Source: Mobula hypostoma (lineage: Eukaryota). Taken from it: a stretch of DNA of 64,000 nucleotides. The notes beneath the pieces were generated by a model that was given only the letters and a program-made list of their open reading frames with translations, had not been told where the DNA came from and searched no databases. How positions within the stretch are numbered: the stretch's first letter is position 1; each line of letters starts with the position of its first letter. The position numbers and the translations under genes were made by a program. The stretch is taken from contig NC_086098.1 of NCBI RefSeq assembly GCF_963921235.1, positions 6,634,001-6,698,000 of the forward strand, written 5' to 3'. Positions 1 to 12,484 of the stretch are shown piece by piece.

Positions 1-62
1 GGGAGACCTCATTGAAACCTATCGAATGGTGAAAGGCCTCGATAGACTGGATGTGGAGAGAA

Positions 63-616
63 TGTTTCTGCACCTTTTTCCAATCCTGTGCCGTGACCCC
101 TCCATGCCAGATGGCGATGCAACAGTTAAAATTCTCTCTCTGGTACAACTGTAGAAAATTGTGGGTGTCTCTGGTGGCATACCAATTCTCCGCACATTTT
201 GTGTTAACAAATAATTATTGTACTTCCAGCAATATCTAGGACACCTTCAAAAAGCGATGACTCGAGAAGGTGGCATCCATTATTAGGGACCTCCATCACC
301 CAGGACATGTCACCTTTTAATTCCTAACATCAAGGAGGAGGTACAGGAGTCTGAAGACAAACACTCAATGTTTGTGTCAGGGGAACAGCTTCTTCTCTTC
401 CACCATCAGATTTCTGAATGGACAATAAACCAATGGACAATTTTTCAGTATTTTTTCCTCTCTTTTTGCACTACTTATATAATTTAATTTTTTTTGGTAT
501 TTCTTACAGTAATTTATAGTTGAAATTCTTATGTATTGTAATGTAGTGCTACTGAAAACAACTATTTTTATGACATTCTGTATGTCGATGATATGAAAAC
601 TGATTCTGATTCTGAA
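63..616 (+). mobile_element. Rex1/Babar-like LINE 3' fragment with an inverted 5' segment
   Basis: 63-200 is antisense to the conserved FYRCTIESILTGCITVWYG..AQD region. 215-616 is the sense continuation, ending in a (TGATTC)n tail. A CR1 scrap (GDLIETYRMVKGLDRLDVERMF) lies at 1-62. Confidence 0.7.
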
Positions 617-754
617 AACGTAGGGTGCAGTATTCTTATACTGAGCAGGGGAACATAAACAGATTACAATAGGAGTATAATTCATCAATGATTATTGTCT
701 GGGAGGCACAAATAACACTTCCAGAGATGTCAAAGTAGTTCCATTTTTGATTTA

Positions 755-885
755 GGTCCCGATGAAGGATCTAAGCCCAAAAACGTCAACATTTCCATTG
801 ATGCTGCCTGACCTACTGAATTCCCCCAGCATTTTGTGTGTGTTCCTTTGGCTTTCAAACATCTGTAGAATCTCTTGTGTTTATA
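755..885 (+). mobile_element. Decayed Penelope-derived short element (degenerate hammerhead)
   Basis: gtcccgatgaaggatctaagcccaaaaacgtcaac...gatgctgcctgacc...cagcattttgtgtg resembles the intact copies at 46.2, 51.5 and 52.0 kb. Confidence 0.7.
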
Positions 886-1289
886 TTTCATATTTTTGTA
901 CTTTATTATAACATTTCAAGTAGTGATAATATCTAGTATATCATTTAGATGAAAACATGGAAGAATATTTAAAAATGCGAAATTAAAACCCACTCTCTTT
1001 AACTTTTTTTCCTTTCACAGCTTGCTTATGTCCTATGCTATTTATAGCATAGAGGTACACATTGCCTCTTTGTTCAAATTGTTTGGAGCAAAAACATCTA
1101 TCTAATTTTCATATCTATAACATGGCTTGCCTCCCAATACATGAGGTTTTATCCACTTCAAAGAAATTAAGATGAAAAGAAGTTATATTAAAGTGGTAAG
1201 CAGGAGAAAACTTCTTCAAATGCAATACATATTATAATGCAGTCCTGCTTTTTCCAGTCATTATCATCGTCCCTGCTGCTCCATCCTCA

Positions 1290-1352
1290 CTCCCCTCTCC
1301 CTTCCCCTCCCTTCCCCTCCCTTCCCCTCCCTTCCCCTCCCTTCCCCTTTCC
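1290..1352. repeat. Polypyrimidine simple repeat (CTTCCCCTCC)n
   Basis: The 10-bp unit is repeated about 5 times. Confidence 0.9.
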
Positions 1353-1404
1353 TCAACCATGATTCCACTCTCCCTGCCCCCTTCACACACCCAGCCCACA
1401 ATCG

Positions 1405-1690
1405 TCATCATCATCATCTTGTGCCGTGTTGTATGATGTGAGCAATCATATCCTTCTGACTGTGATTGTTCTTGGCAAATTTGGCAAATTTTTCTCCAGA
1501 AGCAGTTTGCCATTACCTTCTTCTGAGCAGTGTCTTTGCAAGATGGACAACCCCAACCTTTAACAGTACCCTTCAGAGATTGTCTGTCTGGTGTCAGTGT
1601 TTACATAACCAGGACTTGTGACATGCACCGACAGCTTATACTACCATCCACCACCTGTCCCCATGGCTTCACGTGACCCTGCTCAGGGGG
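1405..1690 (-). mobile_element. RTE-derived non-autonomous element, split by a CR1 (continues at 5176-5278)
   Basis: Reverse complement of the element at 45419-45726, with the GAAGAAGG(C/T)AATGGCAAAC motif and an (ATG)n tail at ~1405-1417. Confidence 0.65.
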
Positions 1691-1916
1691 GTGGGTGGTG
1701 ATAGGGGACTCAGTAGTCAGGGGAACAGACAGGAGATTGTGTAGACATGAACAGGACACCCGAATGGTATGCTGCCTCCCTGGTGCCAGGGTTAGGAATG
1801 TCTCATATCACAGCCACAAGATTTTAGACAGTTAAGGAGAGCAGCCAGAAGACTAGGTAAATATTAGCACCAATGACATAAGAAGGAAGAGCAAAGAGAA
1901 TTTAGAGATCTTGGTA

Positions 1917-2330
1917 CTCATTCGTAAGGCCAGTGATGTTGTGGGGATGGAAATGGACTCTCTGACGGTGGTGTCTGAAAAGAGGATGCTGTCCAAGTTG
2001 CATGCCATCTTGGACAATGTCTCCCATCCACTACATAATGTACTGGGTGGGCACAGGAGTACATACAGCCAGAGACTCATTCCAGCGAGATGCAACACAG
2101 AGCGTCATAGGAAGTCATTCCTGCCTGTGGCCATCAAACTTTACAACTCCTCCCTTGGAGGGTCAGACACCCTGAGCCAATAGGCTGGTCCTAGACTTAC
2201 TTCCTGGTGTAATTTACATATTACTATTTAATTATTTATGGTTTTATTACTATTTAATTATTTATGGTGCAACTGTAACGAAAACCAATTTCCCTCAGGA
2301 TCAATAAAGTATGACTATGACTATGACTAT
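1917..2330 (+). mobile_element. Rex1/Babar-like LINE, 5'-truncated young copy with (TATGAC)n tail
   Basis: ORF ends RKSFLPVAIKLYNSSLGGSDTLSQ*, followed by AATAAA and a (TATGAC)n tail. Removing it restores the host reading FRDLGRKLRSRTS. Confidence 0.9.
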
Positions 2331-2917
2331 GAAAGCTGAGAAGCAGGACCTCCTTCGGGATTGCTGCCTGTGCCATGCGCCAGTGAGGGTAGAAACAAGA
2401 TGATTTGGCAAATTAATGTGTGGCTGAGAAGCTGGTGCGGGGGGCAGGGCTTCAGGTTCTTGGATCACTGGGATCTCTTCTGGGGGAGATATGACCTGTT
2501 CAAAAGTGACGGATTGAACCTGACCCAAGGGAAACCAATATTCTCTTGGTCGGGTTTGTTTGAGCTGTTAGGGAGGGTTTAATCTAATTTGGCAGGGAGC
2601 TGAGAACTGCAGTGAAGGGACTCAGGATAGGACAGATGGTAAAAGAGCAAAGGTTGCATGCAGTCAGACTGCTAGGAAGGGAAGGGCAGGCAGATGATAG
2701 GACATAATTGCAACTAGCAGGGTGAGTATCAGTGCATTAGGGATTTAGAATCAAAAAGGGTAGCAAATGCAGTACTCAATGTGCTATATCTCAATGCACA
2801 GAGTGTAAGAAATAAGGTGGATAATCTCATTGCATAGCTGCAGATTGTCAGATATAATGATGAAATTGGGCCATTACTGAATCATGGTTGAAAGATGGTT
2901 GTAGTTGGGAGCTGAAT

Positions 2918-3359
2918 AGTCACAGTCATAGTCATAGTCATAGTCATACTTTATTGATCCTGGGGGAAATTGGTTTTCGTTACAGTTGCACTATAAATAA
3001 TAAATAGTAATAAAACCATAAATAGTTAAATAGTAATGTATAAATTATGCCAGGAAATAAGTTCAGGACCAGCCTATTGGCTCAGGGTGTCTGACCCTCC
3101 AAGGGAGGAGTTGTAAAGTTTGATGGCCACAGGCAGGAATGACTTCCTATGACACTCTGTGCTGCATCTCGGTGGAATGAGTCTCTGGCTGAATGTACTC
3201 CTGTGCCCACCCAGTACATTATGTAATGGACGGGAGACATTGTCCAAGATGGCATGCAACTTGGACAGCATCCTCTTTTCAGACACCACCGTCAGAGAGT
3301 CCAGTTCCATGCCCACAACATCACTAGCCTAATGCGAATCACATCAACAACCCTAATGC
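2918..3359 (-). mobile_element. Rex1/Babar-like LINE, 5'-truncated young copy with (TATGAC)n tail
   Basis: Same GGSDTLSQ* end. GAAT is repeated at 2914-2917 and 3360-3363. Removing it restores the host reading WELNVQGY. Confidence 0.9.
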
Positions 3360-5578
3360 GAATGTCCAAGGTTACATGTTGTATCGGAGGGATAGGAAGG
3401 TAGGCAGAAGGGATGGTATGGCACTGCTGGGAAAGAATGGCATCAAATCAGTAGAAATATGTGACATACAGTAGGATTGGAAGACGTTGAATCCTTGTGG
3501 GTTGAGTTAAGAAACTGCAAGGGTAAAAGGATCCTGATGGTAGTTATAATCAGGCCTCCCAACAGTAGCTGGGATGTGGACAACAGATTACTACAGGAAA
3601 TAGGAAAGGTGTGTCGAAAGGGCAATGTTATGATATTTATGGGAGATTTCAACATACAGGCCGATTGGGAAAATCAGGTTGGTAATGGACCTCAAGGGAG
3701 TGAGTTTGTTGAATGCCTACGAGATGGCTTTTTAGAGCAGTTTGTCATTGAGCCGACTGGGGGATCAGCTGTACTGGATTGGATGTTATGTAATGAACCT
3801 ATTGACTAGGAACCTTAATGTAAAAAGAAGGCTTAAGAGGCAGTGATCACAATATGATTGAGTTCAACTTGAAATTTGACAGGGAGAAAGTAAAGTCTGA
3901 TGTAGCAGTATTTCAGTGAAGTAAAGGAAATTACAGTGGTATGAGACGGGAGTTGGCCAAAGTATATTGGAAGGTGTTAGTTTCTGGGAAAAGTGAGAAG
4001 TATTCCAAAACCAAAGAAATACTAAAATGGCAACATAGTACAACTGTAGCTGACAAGGGAAGTCGTAGCTGATGTAAAAGCAAAAGAGAAGGTATACAAC
4101 AAAGGAAAAATTAGTGGGCAGATAGAGAATTGGGAAGCTTTTAAAAACCTACCGAGAGCAACTAAAAGAATCATTAGAAGGGAAAAGATGAAATATAAAA
4201 GCAAGCTAGCAAACAATATCAAAGTGGACAGTAAAAGCTTTTTTCAAGTATGTGAAAAATAAAAGAGTGATGAGAGTGGATAGAAGACTGCTAGAAAATG
4301 AGGCCAGAGAAATAATAACAAGGAGATGGCAGATGAATTAAATGACTATTTTGCATCAGTTTTCACTGCAGAAGACACTAGCAGTTGAAGGGTGTGAGGG
4401 AGGAGAAGTGAGTGCAGTTATTATTACAAGGGAGAAGGTGCTCAGAAAGCTGAGGTGTAAAGGGACTTGGGAGTACTTATGCAGAATACCCTAAAGGTTA
4501 ACTTGTAGGTAAAGTCATGGTGAGGACAGCAAATGCAATGTTAGCATACATTTCACAAGGTCCAGGATACAAGAGCGGGATGTGATGCTGAGGCTTCATA
4601 AGGCACTGGCGAGGCCTCACCTTGAGTATTGTGAACAGTTTTGGGCTCCTCATCTAAGAGAAGATGTGTTGGGATTGGAGAAGTTTCAGAAGAGGTTCAC
4701 AAGGATGTTTCCAAGAATGAAAGGGTGATCATATGAGGAACGTTTGATGGCTCTGGGTCTGTACTCGCTGGAGTTCAGAAGGATGAAGGAGGATCTCATT
4801 GAAACCTTTCAAATGTTGAAAGACCTAGACAGAGTAGATGTGGAAAGGATGTTTCCCATGGTGGGGGAATCTAGGACAAGAGGGCGCAGCCTCAGGATGG
4901 AAGGGCGTCCATTTAAAAAAGAGATGCGGAAAAATTTCTTTAGCCAGAAGGTGGTGAATTTGTGGAATTTGATACCACAGGCAGCTGTGGAGGCCAGGTC
5001 GTTGGGTGTACTTAAGGCAGAGCTTGATGGGTTCTTGATTAGACATGGCATCAAAGGTTACAGGGAGGAGGTCGGGGAGTGGGGCTGAGCGGGGGAATAA
5101 AGGATCAGCCATGATTGAATGGTAGAGCAGACTCGATGGGCCAAATAGCCTAAATCTGCTCTTATGTCTTATGGACTAAGCAGGTACTACACTTTGCCCA
5201 AGGATGACCTGGGGGCTAGCAGAGGGAAGGATTTGCATCCATCTCTTTTGGTCGAGTTGTATCTCCACCCACCACACATGTTTTCCAGTAAATCACAACA
5301 GACTGGCTGTCGACAAGGGCACATGATCTTATCTGCTACCTGAAAGCTTATCTACCCAAAAGGAGGTCTCTGCACAATCTTAATTCTATAGCCTCATGGT
5401 CTCATGTGTAACATAGCTCACAATTCTCTTTCACGCTTCTTTCCGGGACCCATCCTGCAATTTTGATCTAGCCTCCAATTAGGTTCGAGCTTACACCAGA
5501 CTCAGGCGTCTCAATGTCATAGTTTTCCTTTAAACTAAATGATGCTTGTGTGCATCCCCATCCACAGCTCAGACACAT

Positions 5579-6105
5579 AAAGTCAAAGTCATAGTCATAA
5601 TCATAATCATAGTCATAGTCATACTTTATTGATCCCGAGGGAAATTGGTTTTCATTACAGTTGCACCATAAATAGTTAAATGGTAATAAAACCATAAATA
5701 ATTAAATAGTAATATGTAAATTATGCCAGGAAATAATATTGGCTCAGGGTGTCCGACCCTCCTAGAGAGGAGTTGTAAAGTTTGATGGCCACAGGCAGGA
5801 ATGACTTCCTATGACGCTCTGTGTTGCATCTCGGTGGTGAGTCTCTGGCTGAATGTACTCCTGTGCCCAACCAGTACATTATGTAGTGGATGGGAGACAT
5901 TGTCCAAGATGGCATGCAACTTGGACAACATCCTCTTTTCAGACACCACCGTCAGATAGTCCAGTTCCATCCCCACAACATCACTGGCCTTACGAATGAG
6001 TTTGTTGATTCTGTTGGTGTCTGCTACCCTCAGCCTGCTGCCCCAGCACACAACAGCAAACATGATAGCACTGGCCACCACAGACTCATAGAACATCCTC
6101 AGCAT
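5579..6105 (-). mobile_element. Rex1/Babar-like LINE, 5'-truncated copy
   Basis: MLRMFYESVVASAIMFAVVCWG...GGSDTLSQ, with a (TATGAC)n tail at ~5580-5622. Confidence 0.9.
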
Positions 6106-6645
6106 GTTTCACGTATTTCTCACAGTATGTCTTATGGTCTCAATTGAGATAGTTTTCCTTATTTATATCAACACCTCCACCCATTGACGCACTCCACCAT
6201 CATAACATACACATCACCTGGTGTCACTTTATGTCATTAATCAGTCTATGTGTGATGGAGCATGTCTGCCACAAGTAATTTCTTCCTCCTCCCCCCCCAA
6301 TCGCTCCTCCACCCACAGTAGCCCTGTATTTCTCATTATCCCTGTCTGGCAGTGCTGACATTACGATTATCAGGTGCACACACTACGCTAACACACAATA
6401 TCGGCACTTTCGTTTGCACTTGTACACTCCAGTTCTTTGACACATCCTGTATGTATTTCAGGAAGGGGACCTGAGCGATGGGTGAGGTGTCTTAAAAGGT
6501 GCCTGTTTGTGATTGCACACGCTCGGTGCTGGCTCAGTGGAGGAGTTCATTTTGGGGGATGGAGGTGGGTGCAGTCCCTGGAAAACGGTCAGTTGTTGAT
6601 TGATTTTGTTGTGCAATGTCACTGTGATCTCATTCTGAGGAATGT

Positions 6646-7420
6646 ATATAGATAGATGGATAGATAGATAGATAGATAGATAGATATACTTTATTGATCC
6701 CGAGGGAAATTGGGTTTCGTTACAGCCGCACCAACCAAGAATAGAGCATAAATATAGCAATACAAAAACCGAAAACAATCAAACAACAATATGCAAACTC
6801 TGCCAGATGGAAATAAGTCCAGGACCAGCCTATTGGCTCAGGGTGTCTGACCCTCCACGGGAGGAGCTGCTAAGTTCGATGGCCACAGGCAGGAACAACC
6901 TCCCGTGCCGTCCGGTGTTGTATCTCGGTGGAATATGGCCAGAGTCCAACAGCAAAAAGTTCAATATTCGGGCTACAAACACGTTCCTCGATCGTAATAT
7001 GACCAGGATTGCACCATCCGTTGTTAACCAGAACAGTAAGCACCCAACTCCTTTACGCTTACCGCTCTCAGTGCACTTCCGGTCAGCCCGAACGGTCTGG
7101 AAGCGATCCATGGAAAAGTTTTGATCGGGTACGTCCTCGTGCAGCCCCGTTTCAGTAAAACACATAACACTGCACTCCCGAAATGTTCTCTGACTCCTGG
7201 CTAGCGCCGTCAACTCATCCATTTTATTACCCACCGAACTCCTCTTCTCCATAAGTCTCTGTTGTCTCGACCCGGTCCTCTTTCCTCGCCTTTGTGATAC
7301 CCCTCTGCATCCTCTGCGTGTTTTCCTCCGGATTTCAGCAGGGGTGTCCGCCGCTCTGCTCGCTAAACCGGCCGGCATAAGCGCAAACAGCTGGTCCCTG
7401 GAATAAACAATGCAACCGTA
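6646..7420 (-). mobile_element. Internally deleted Rex1/Babar-like element (ORF start and endonuclease N-terminus fused to the 3' end), (TATC)n tail
   Basis: YSRDQL, basic RRKTRRGCRG, NKMDEL, CFTET, RADR, SGKRKG and CSPNIELFAVGLWPY are joined at ~6933 to IPPRYNT...GGSDTLSQ*. A (GATA)n tail lies at 6648-6688. Confidence 0.85.
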
Positions 7421-7502
7421 CTATATATGTGAACATTTGTGATCGTGAAGAAGGATGCGAATCCCTGTATTTTGTGAGGTTAGGTAAGTTGAGGTGACCA
7501 AT

Positions 7503-8680
7503 TCAGAATCAGAATCACAATCAGGATTATTATCACCGGCAGGTGTCTTGAATTTTGTTAACTTCAGAGCAGTAGTTCAACGCAATACATAATATAGAAG
7601 AAAAAAAACTAAATAAAAGTAAATAAATAAATTACAGTATATGTATATACGTATATAATGTACAATTATAGTATATGTATATTGAATAGATTAAAAATCA
7701 TGCAAAACCAGAAATAACATATATTAAAAAAGTGAGGTAGTGTTCATGGGTTCAATGTTCATTTAGGAATCGGATGACAGAGGGGAAGAAGCTGTTCCTG
7801 AATCGCTGAGTGTGTGCCTTCAGGCTTCAACAATGAGAAAAAGGCATTCCCTTTCTGCCTTTCTGACATGCCATTCCTTGAAGAAGTCCTGGGTACCTTG
7901 TAGGCTAGTACCGAAGATGGAGCCAACTAAATTACAACCCTCTGCAGCTCCTCTCGGTCCTGTGCAGTAGCCCCTCCATACCAGACAGTGATGCAGCCTG
8001 TGATATGTTGGGACCAGGTTAGATCCTCAGAGATCTTGACACCAGGAACTTGAAACTGCTCACTCTCTCCACTTCTGATGATTGGTATGTGTTCCTTCAT
8101 CTTACCCTTCCTGAAGTCCACAATCAGCTCTTTTGTCTAACTGACGTTGAGTGCCAGGTTGTTGCTGTGACACCACTTCACTAGTTGGCATATCTCACCC
8201 TTGTACACCCTCTCGTCACCACCTGAGATTCTACCAACACTGGTTGTATCATCAGCAAATTTATAGATGGTATTTGAGGCAAATTGCAATGGGTCCAGGT
8301 CCTTGCTGAGACAGGATTTCAGTCTAGTCATGACCAACTTCTCAAAGCATTTCATCACTGACGATACGAGTGCTACTGGGTGATAGTCATTAAGGCAGCT
8401 CACATTATTCTTCTTAGGCACTGATATAATTGTTGCTTTTTTGAAGCAAATGGGAATTTCCGCCCATAGCAGTGAGAAGTTAAAAATGTCCTTGAACACT
8501 CCTGCCAGTTGGTTGGCACAAGTTTTCAGAGCCTTACCAGGTACTCCATCAGGACCTTCCGCGTTGCCAAGGTTCACCCTTTTTAAAGACAGCCTAACAT
8601 CGGCCTCTGAGACAAACATCACAGGGTCACCGGGTGCAGCAGGGATCATCACAGCTGCAGTTAAATTCTCCTTATAAAGC
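7503..8680 (-). mobile_element. Rex1/Babar-like LINE (second family), deleted RT fragment
   Basis: GPDGVPG, FKKATIISVPKK, NDYHPVAL, LDPLQFA, YKFADDT and LALNVS motifs. (TGATTC)n tail at ~7503-7525. Confidence 0.85.
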
Positions 8681-9044
8681 CTCAGTATTATGTGTTCTGT
8701 ATTAATTTGTTCTGATCCAAAACCAGACCTCAGCCCGAAAAGTGGACTGTGCTTCTTCCTATGGATGCTGCCTGGCCTGCTGTGTCCACTAGCATTTTGT
8801 GTGTGTTGCTTGAATTTCCATATCTGCAGATTTCCTCGTGTTTGCACAGGAAATGGTATTGCAGCTCTAAGACCTGATGCATTCAGATAGCAAGGGAGCT
8901 CACAACTGTCAGCCACCAGTTTAAATTATTGGAGCACCAACAAAAATGTGAGTACCCTACTCAGCATTTACAAAAGGTTTATTCCCATTGGCAAAAATAA
9001 TACTTAGGTTTGCATGTGGTGATGTACCGTATATGTTTTTGTTT

Positions 9045-9970
9045 CTTCTTAAGCCAATCATCCCTTACAGGGGTATAGGTGGCCGACAGCAGCTCATCAG
9101 AGTTGTCTGTCCTGGGCCAGTCTTTCATGTCCAGGTGTAGCCTATCTATACATTTTCTGAGTGAAGATTCTTCATCTTCCAGTGATAAGAGGGGAGGAGA
9201 AGATGGCAAAGTGACGCAGTGCGCGCGGCCGCTCTGAAATGATATTTGTAAGTAGGGGCTGTGCACAATCCTGATTTGATGGAGACAGACATGAGAAGCA
9301 TGGAGGAACACCTGGAGAAACTTCTGAAATGCCTGCTTTGCTGCCGCTGCTACTGTGCGATCGAGAATCTCCGGAGGGGAAGGCTCCAAATCCTCGGTTT
9401 TGCCTATTGCCTGTTGCTGGGGCTGGAGTCGAAGCGCTCTGCAGAGATGGTGCTCGGTGCTCGGTGTCGGAGGGCTGGTCGGAGGCTCGAAGTTTTCGGA
9501 TGGACTCAAGAGTCGGCTGTGGTCGGGTGCTTCCAGTGTGCTGCATCGGCAAGTTTGCAGCGCTGGAAGCTCATGGCAGAGAGAGTTTCTCCCTTCTACC
9601 ATCTGCGTGAGATGTTGGGACTTTCAAGAGTCTTTGAGACTTTTACCGTGCCCATGGTCTGTTTTTTTTTATCAAATTACGGTATTGCTTTGCACTGTTG
9701 TAACTATATGTTATAATTATGTGGTTTTTGTCAGTTTTTTTAGTCTTGGTTTGTCTCGTTTTCTGTGATACCATTCTGCAGGAACATTGTATCATTTCTT
9801 AATGCATGCATTACTAAATGATAATAAAAGAGGACTGCGTGTCCTCATAATCTAAAAAAAATCTTTGGAGCTGTTGTTGGCCTTTCTGTGGCACCGTGCT
9901 TTTGCAGGATGGGGTTGCTATCTCCATGCCAACCCTCCTCCGTTCACAACCGAGCTTGGGAACCATCCAT
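9045..9970 (-). mobile_element. RTE-like non-autonomous element interrupted by a younger insertion
   Basis: 9045-9190 resembles an RTE 3' end on the minus strand and 9863-9970 resembles an RTE 5' end (GGTTGGCATGGAGATAGCAACCCCATCC). Assignment is from recalled motifs. Confidence 0.5.
9191..9862 (+). mobile_element. CpG-rich non-coding retroposon with a LINE-type 3' end
   Basis: Starts GGAGAAGATGGC, has a CpG-rich body, then a T-rich 3' part ending AAATGATAATAAA...TAATCT plus an A-run. No recognisable ORF. Confidence 0.6.
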
Positions 9971-11486
9971 GACAGAGTTGACATATATGCACTTTGATAA
10001 TAAAAGGTTTACTTTGAACTTTGAAAACATGTGGTAGAAAAGTCATCAAGGGAAGCAAAATATTCACCTGTAAAAACATATTTTGAGTGAGCAAATTACA
10101 AAAGAATGGCTATTTGAAAAACATCACAGAATAGTATTCTGATGAAGTTCTAACAGTAACCATAAATCAGCAAAGAGATGTTTAAAAATTTTATAACTGA
10201 TATTTAAATGCAGGATTAGATTGCTGACATGTAATCACTCCTGAGTATCTGTGCTTCTTATATTTTTATGGAAAGATTTTATACAGTGGTGATAAATTTT
10301 TATGCAGTATTACAATGACAGATATCACCATCAAGAAATGATGAACAATGTGCTCTTACCAACTGTAGTTGATAAAAGACTTGAGAATGGGAAATAATCC
10401 TGCAAGTCGCTTCAGAAATAATTCGTAACTTAACTTGGCTGTCTACATAGAGCAATACATTAGGGATGCAGACCATTCGATCCAACAAGTAAATACTGAC
10501 CTCAGTGTCCACACTGTTTGTCCCTTATCTCCCTTTGCTGTACCCCTCAAAAAGGATTCAAGAATATGTTCAAATTCTCCTTGAGAAAGTGTAACATCCT
10601 CACTGACTTCCAGGAATCAGAATTATGCTTAATATCACCGGTATATGTTGTGAAATTTATTATCTTTGTGGTTACTGTACAATGCAATATATAATAATAG
10701 AAACAAATGTGAATTACGGTAAGTATATATACTGTGTATTAAATAAGTAGCTCAAAAATAGAAACTTGAAAAAAGTAGTGAGGTAGTTTTCATGGGTTCA
10801 ATGTCCGTTCAGAAATTGGATGGTAGAGGGGAAGAAGCTATTCCTCAATCATTGATCATGTGCCTTCAGGCTTCTGTATCTCCTTCCTAATGGTAGTGTT
10901 ACATGTCAATGTTTTTTTTTATCTAACCGTAAGCGTTATTTAGGCGCACGGATGACGTCATTATAACAAATGGATGGAGACCCTTCTTCAGGACTTTTCC
11001 TGAATTTTCAGCGTCTGCAGAACCTCTGGCATTTGTGATTACCTTTTTATTTTCCAGAACTTTTGTGAGAGGGACTCATTGTCTCTTCCATGCTTACTCA
11101 GATTTACTTTCTGTATACAACCACTGATCATTCAGTGAAGATGAGCAACCTGGCCATTTAAGATACCCAAAGTGACAAAATTTAAATCAGACTAAATCCC
11201 TGAGAGCTAATACAAAATGTCATGGAAGTGATCATAAACTACTAATCGTATCTAAACCTTGTTGCAGTTGTAAATTGTTCACTTTTAGCTCTTGTGATTT
11301 ACGATATCTTACAGAGTCTTTGAAAAGCATAGTACAGAAGCAGGCCCTTTGGTCCATCTAGTCCATGCTATTTAAGCTGCCTACTCCTATCTATCCGTAC
11401 CGGGGCCAGAGTCCTCCGTACCACGACCGTCCATGTGCCTATTCAAACTTCTCTGAAACATTGAAATCGAGCTCGCATGCATCACT

Positions 11487-12484
11487 ATGTGTCCAACAGA
11501 GTGATCAGCAGCACTGGGGCTCCACAGGGGACTGTCTTGTCTCCCTTTCTCTTCACCATTTACACCTCAGACTTCAACTACTGCACAGAGTCTTGTCATC
11601 TTCAGAAGTTTTCAGATGACTCTGCCAAAGTTGGATGCATCAGCAAGGGAGATGAGGCTGAGTACAGGGCTACAGTAGGAAACTTTGTCACATGATGTGA
11701 GCAGAATTATTTGCAGTTTAATGTGAAAAAGACTAAGGAGCTGGTGGTAGACCTGAGGAGAGCTAAGGTACCGGTGACCCCTGTTTCTATCCAGGGGGTC
11801 AGTGTGGACATGGTGGAGGATTACAAATACCTGGGGATACAAATTGACAATAAACTGGACTGGACTGGACTGGTCAAAGGACACTGAGGCTGTCTACAAG
11901 AAGGGTCAGAGCCGTTTCTATTTCCTGAGGAGACTGAGATCCTTTAACATCTGCCGGACGATGCTGAGGATGTTCTACGAGTCTGTGATGGCCAGTGCTA
12001 TCATGTTTGCTGTTGTGTGCTGGGGCAGCAGGCTGAGGCTAGCAGACACCAACAGAATCAACAAACTCATTCGTAAGGCCAGTGATGTTGTGGGGATGGA
12101 ACTGGACTCTCTGACGGCGGTGTCTGAAAAGAGGATGCTGTCTAAGTTGCATGCCATCTTGGACAATGTCTCCCATCCACTACATAATGTACTGGGTGGG
12201 CACAGGAGTACATTCAGCCAGAGACTCATTCCACTGAGATGCAGCACAGAGCATCATAGGAAGTCATTCCTCCCTGTGGCCATCAAACTTTACAACTCCT
12301 CCCTTGGAGGGTCAGACACCCTGAGCCAATAGGCTGGTCCTGGACTTATTTCATAATTTACTGGCATAATTTACATATTACTATTTAACTATTTATGGTT
12401 CTATTACTATTTATTATTTATGGTGCAACTGTAACGAAAACAAATTTCCCCCATGATCAATAAAGTATGACTATAACTATGACT
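11487..12484 (+). mobile_element. Rex1/Babar-like LINE, 1-kb 5'-truncated copy inserted in a minus-strand CR1 3' fragment (~11320-12690)
   Basis: GAPQGTVLSPFLF, QKFSDDS, LRRLRSFN and GGSDTLSQ* motifs, with a (TATGAC)n tail. TSD ATCACT at 11481-11486 and 12485-12490. Confidence 0.92.

Larger units (their letters stand above)
1691..5175 (+). mobile_element. CR1 LINE, decayed and internally deleted, carrying two nested Rex1-like insertions
   Basis: ORF1 SGNH motif VVIGDSVVRG and CCLPGARV at ~1695-1800. APE endonuclease motifs (YLNAQSVRNK, RPPNS, MGDFN) at ~2785-3810. A jump at ~4455 skips most of the RT core. C-terminal LGLYSLEFRR...FFSQKVVNLWN and a TCTTATG-type tail follow. Confidence 0.9.

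Noticed and set aside
8979..9768. Overlapping 93-207 aa ORFs as novel proteins
   Set aside because: They lie in a GC-rich repeat where stop codons are scarce, and they show no motifs or splice context.
10898..10968. Tiny TGTTA...TAACA element
   Set aside because: It has only 5-bp inverted ends and no TSD.
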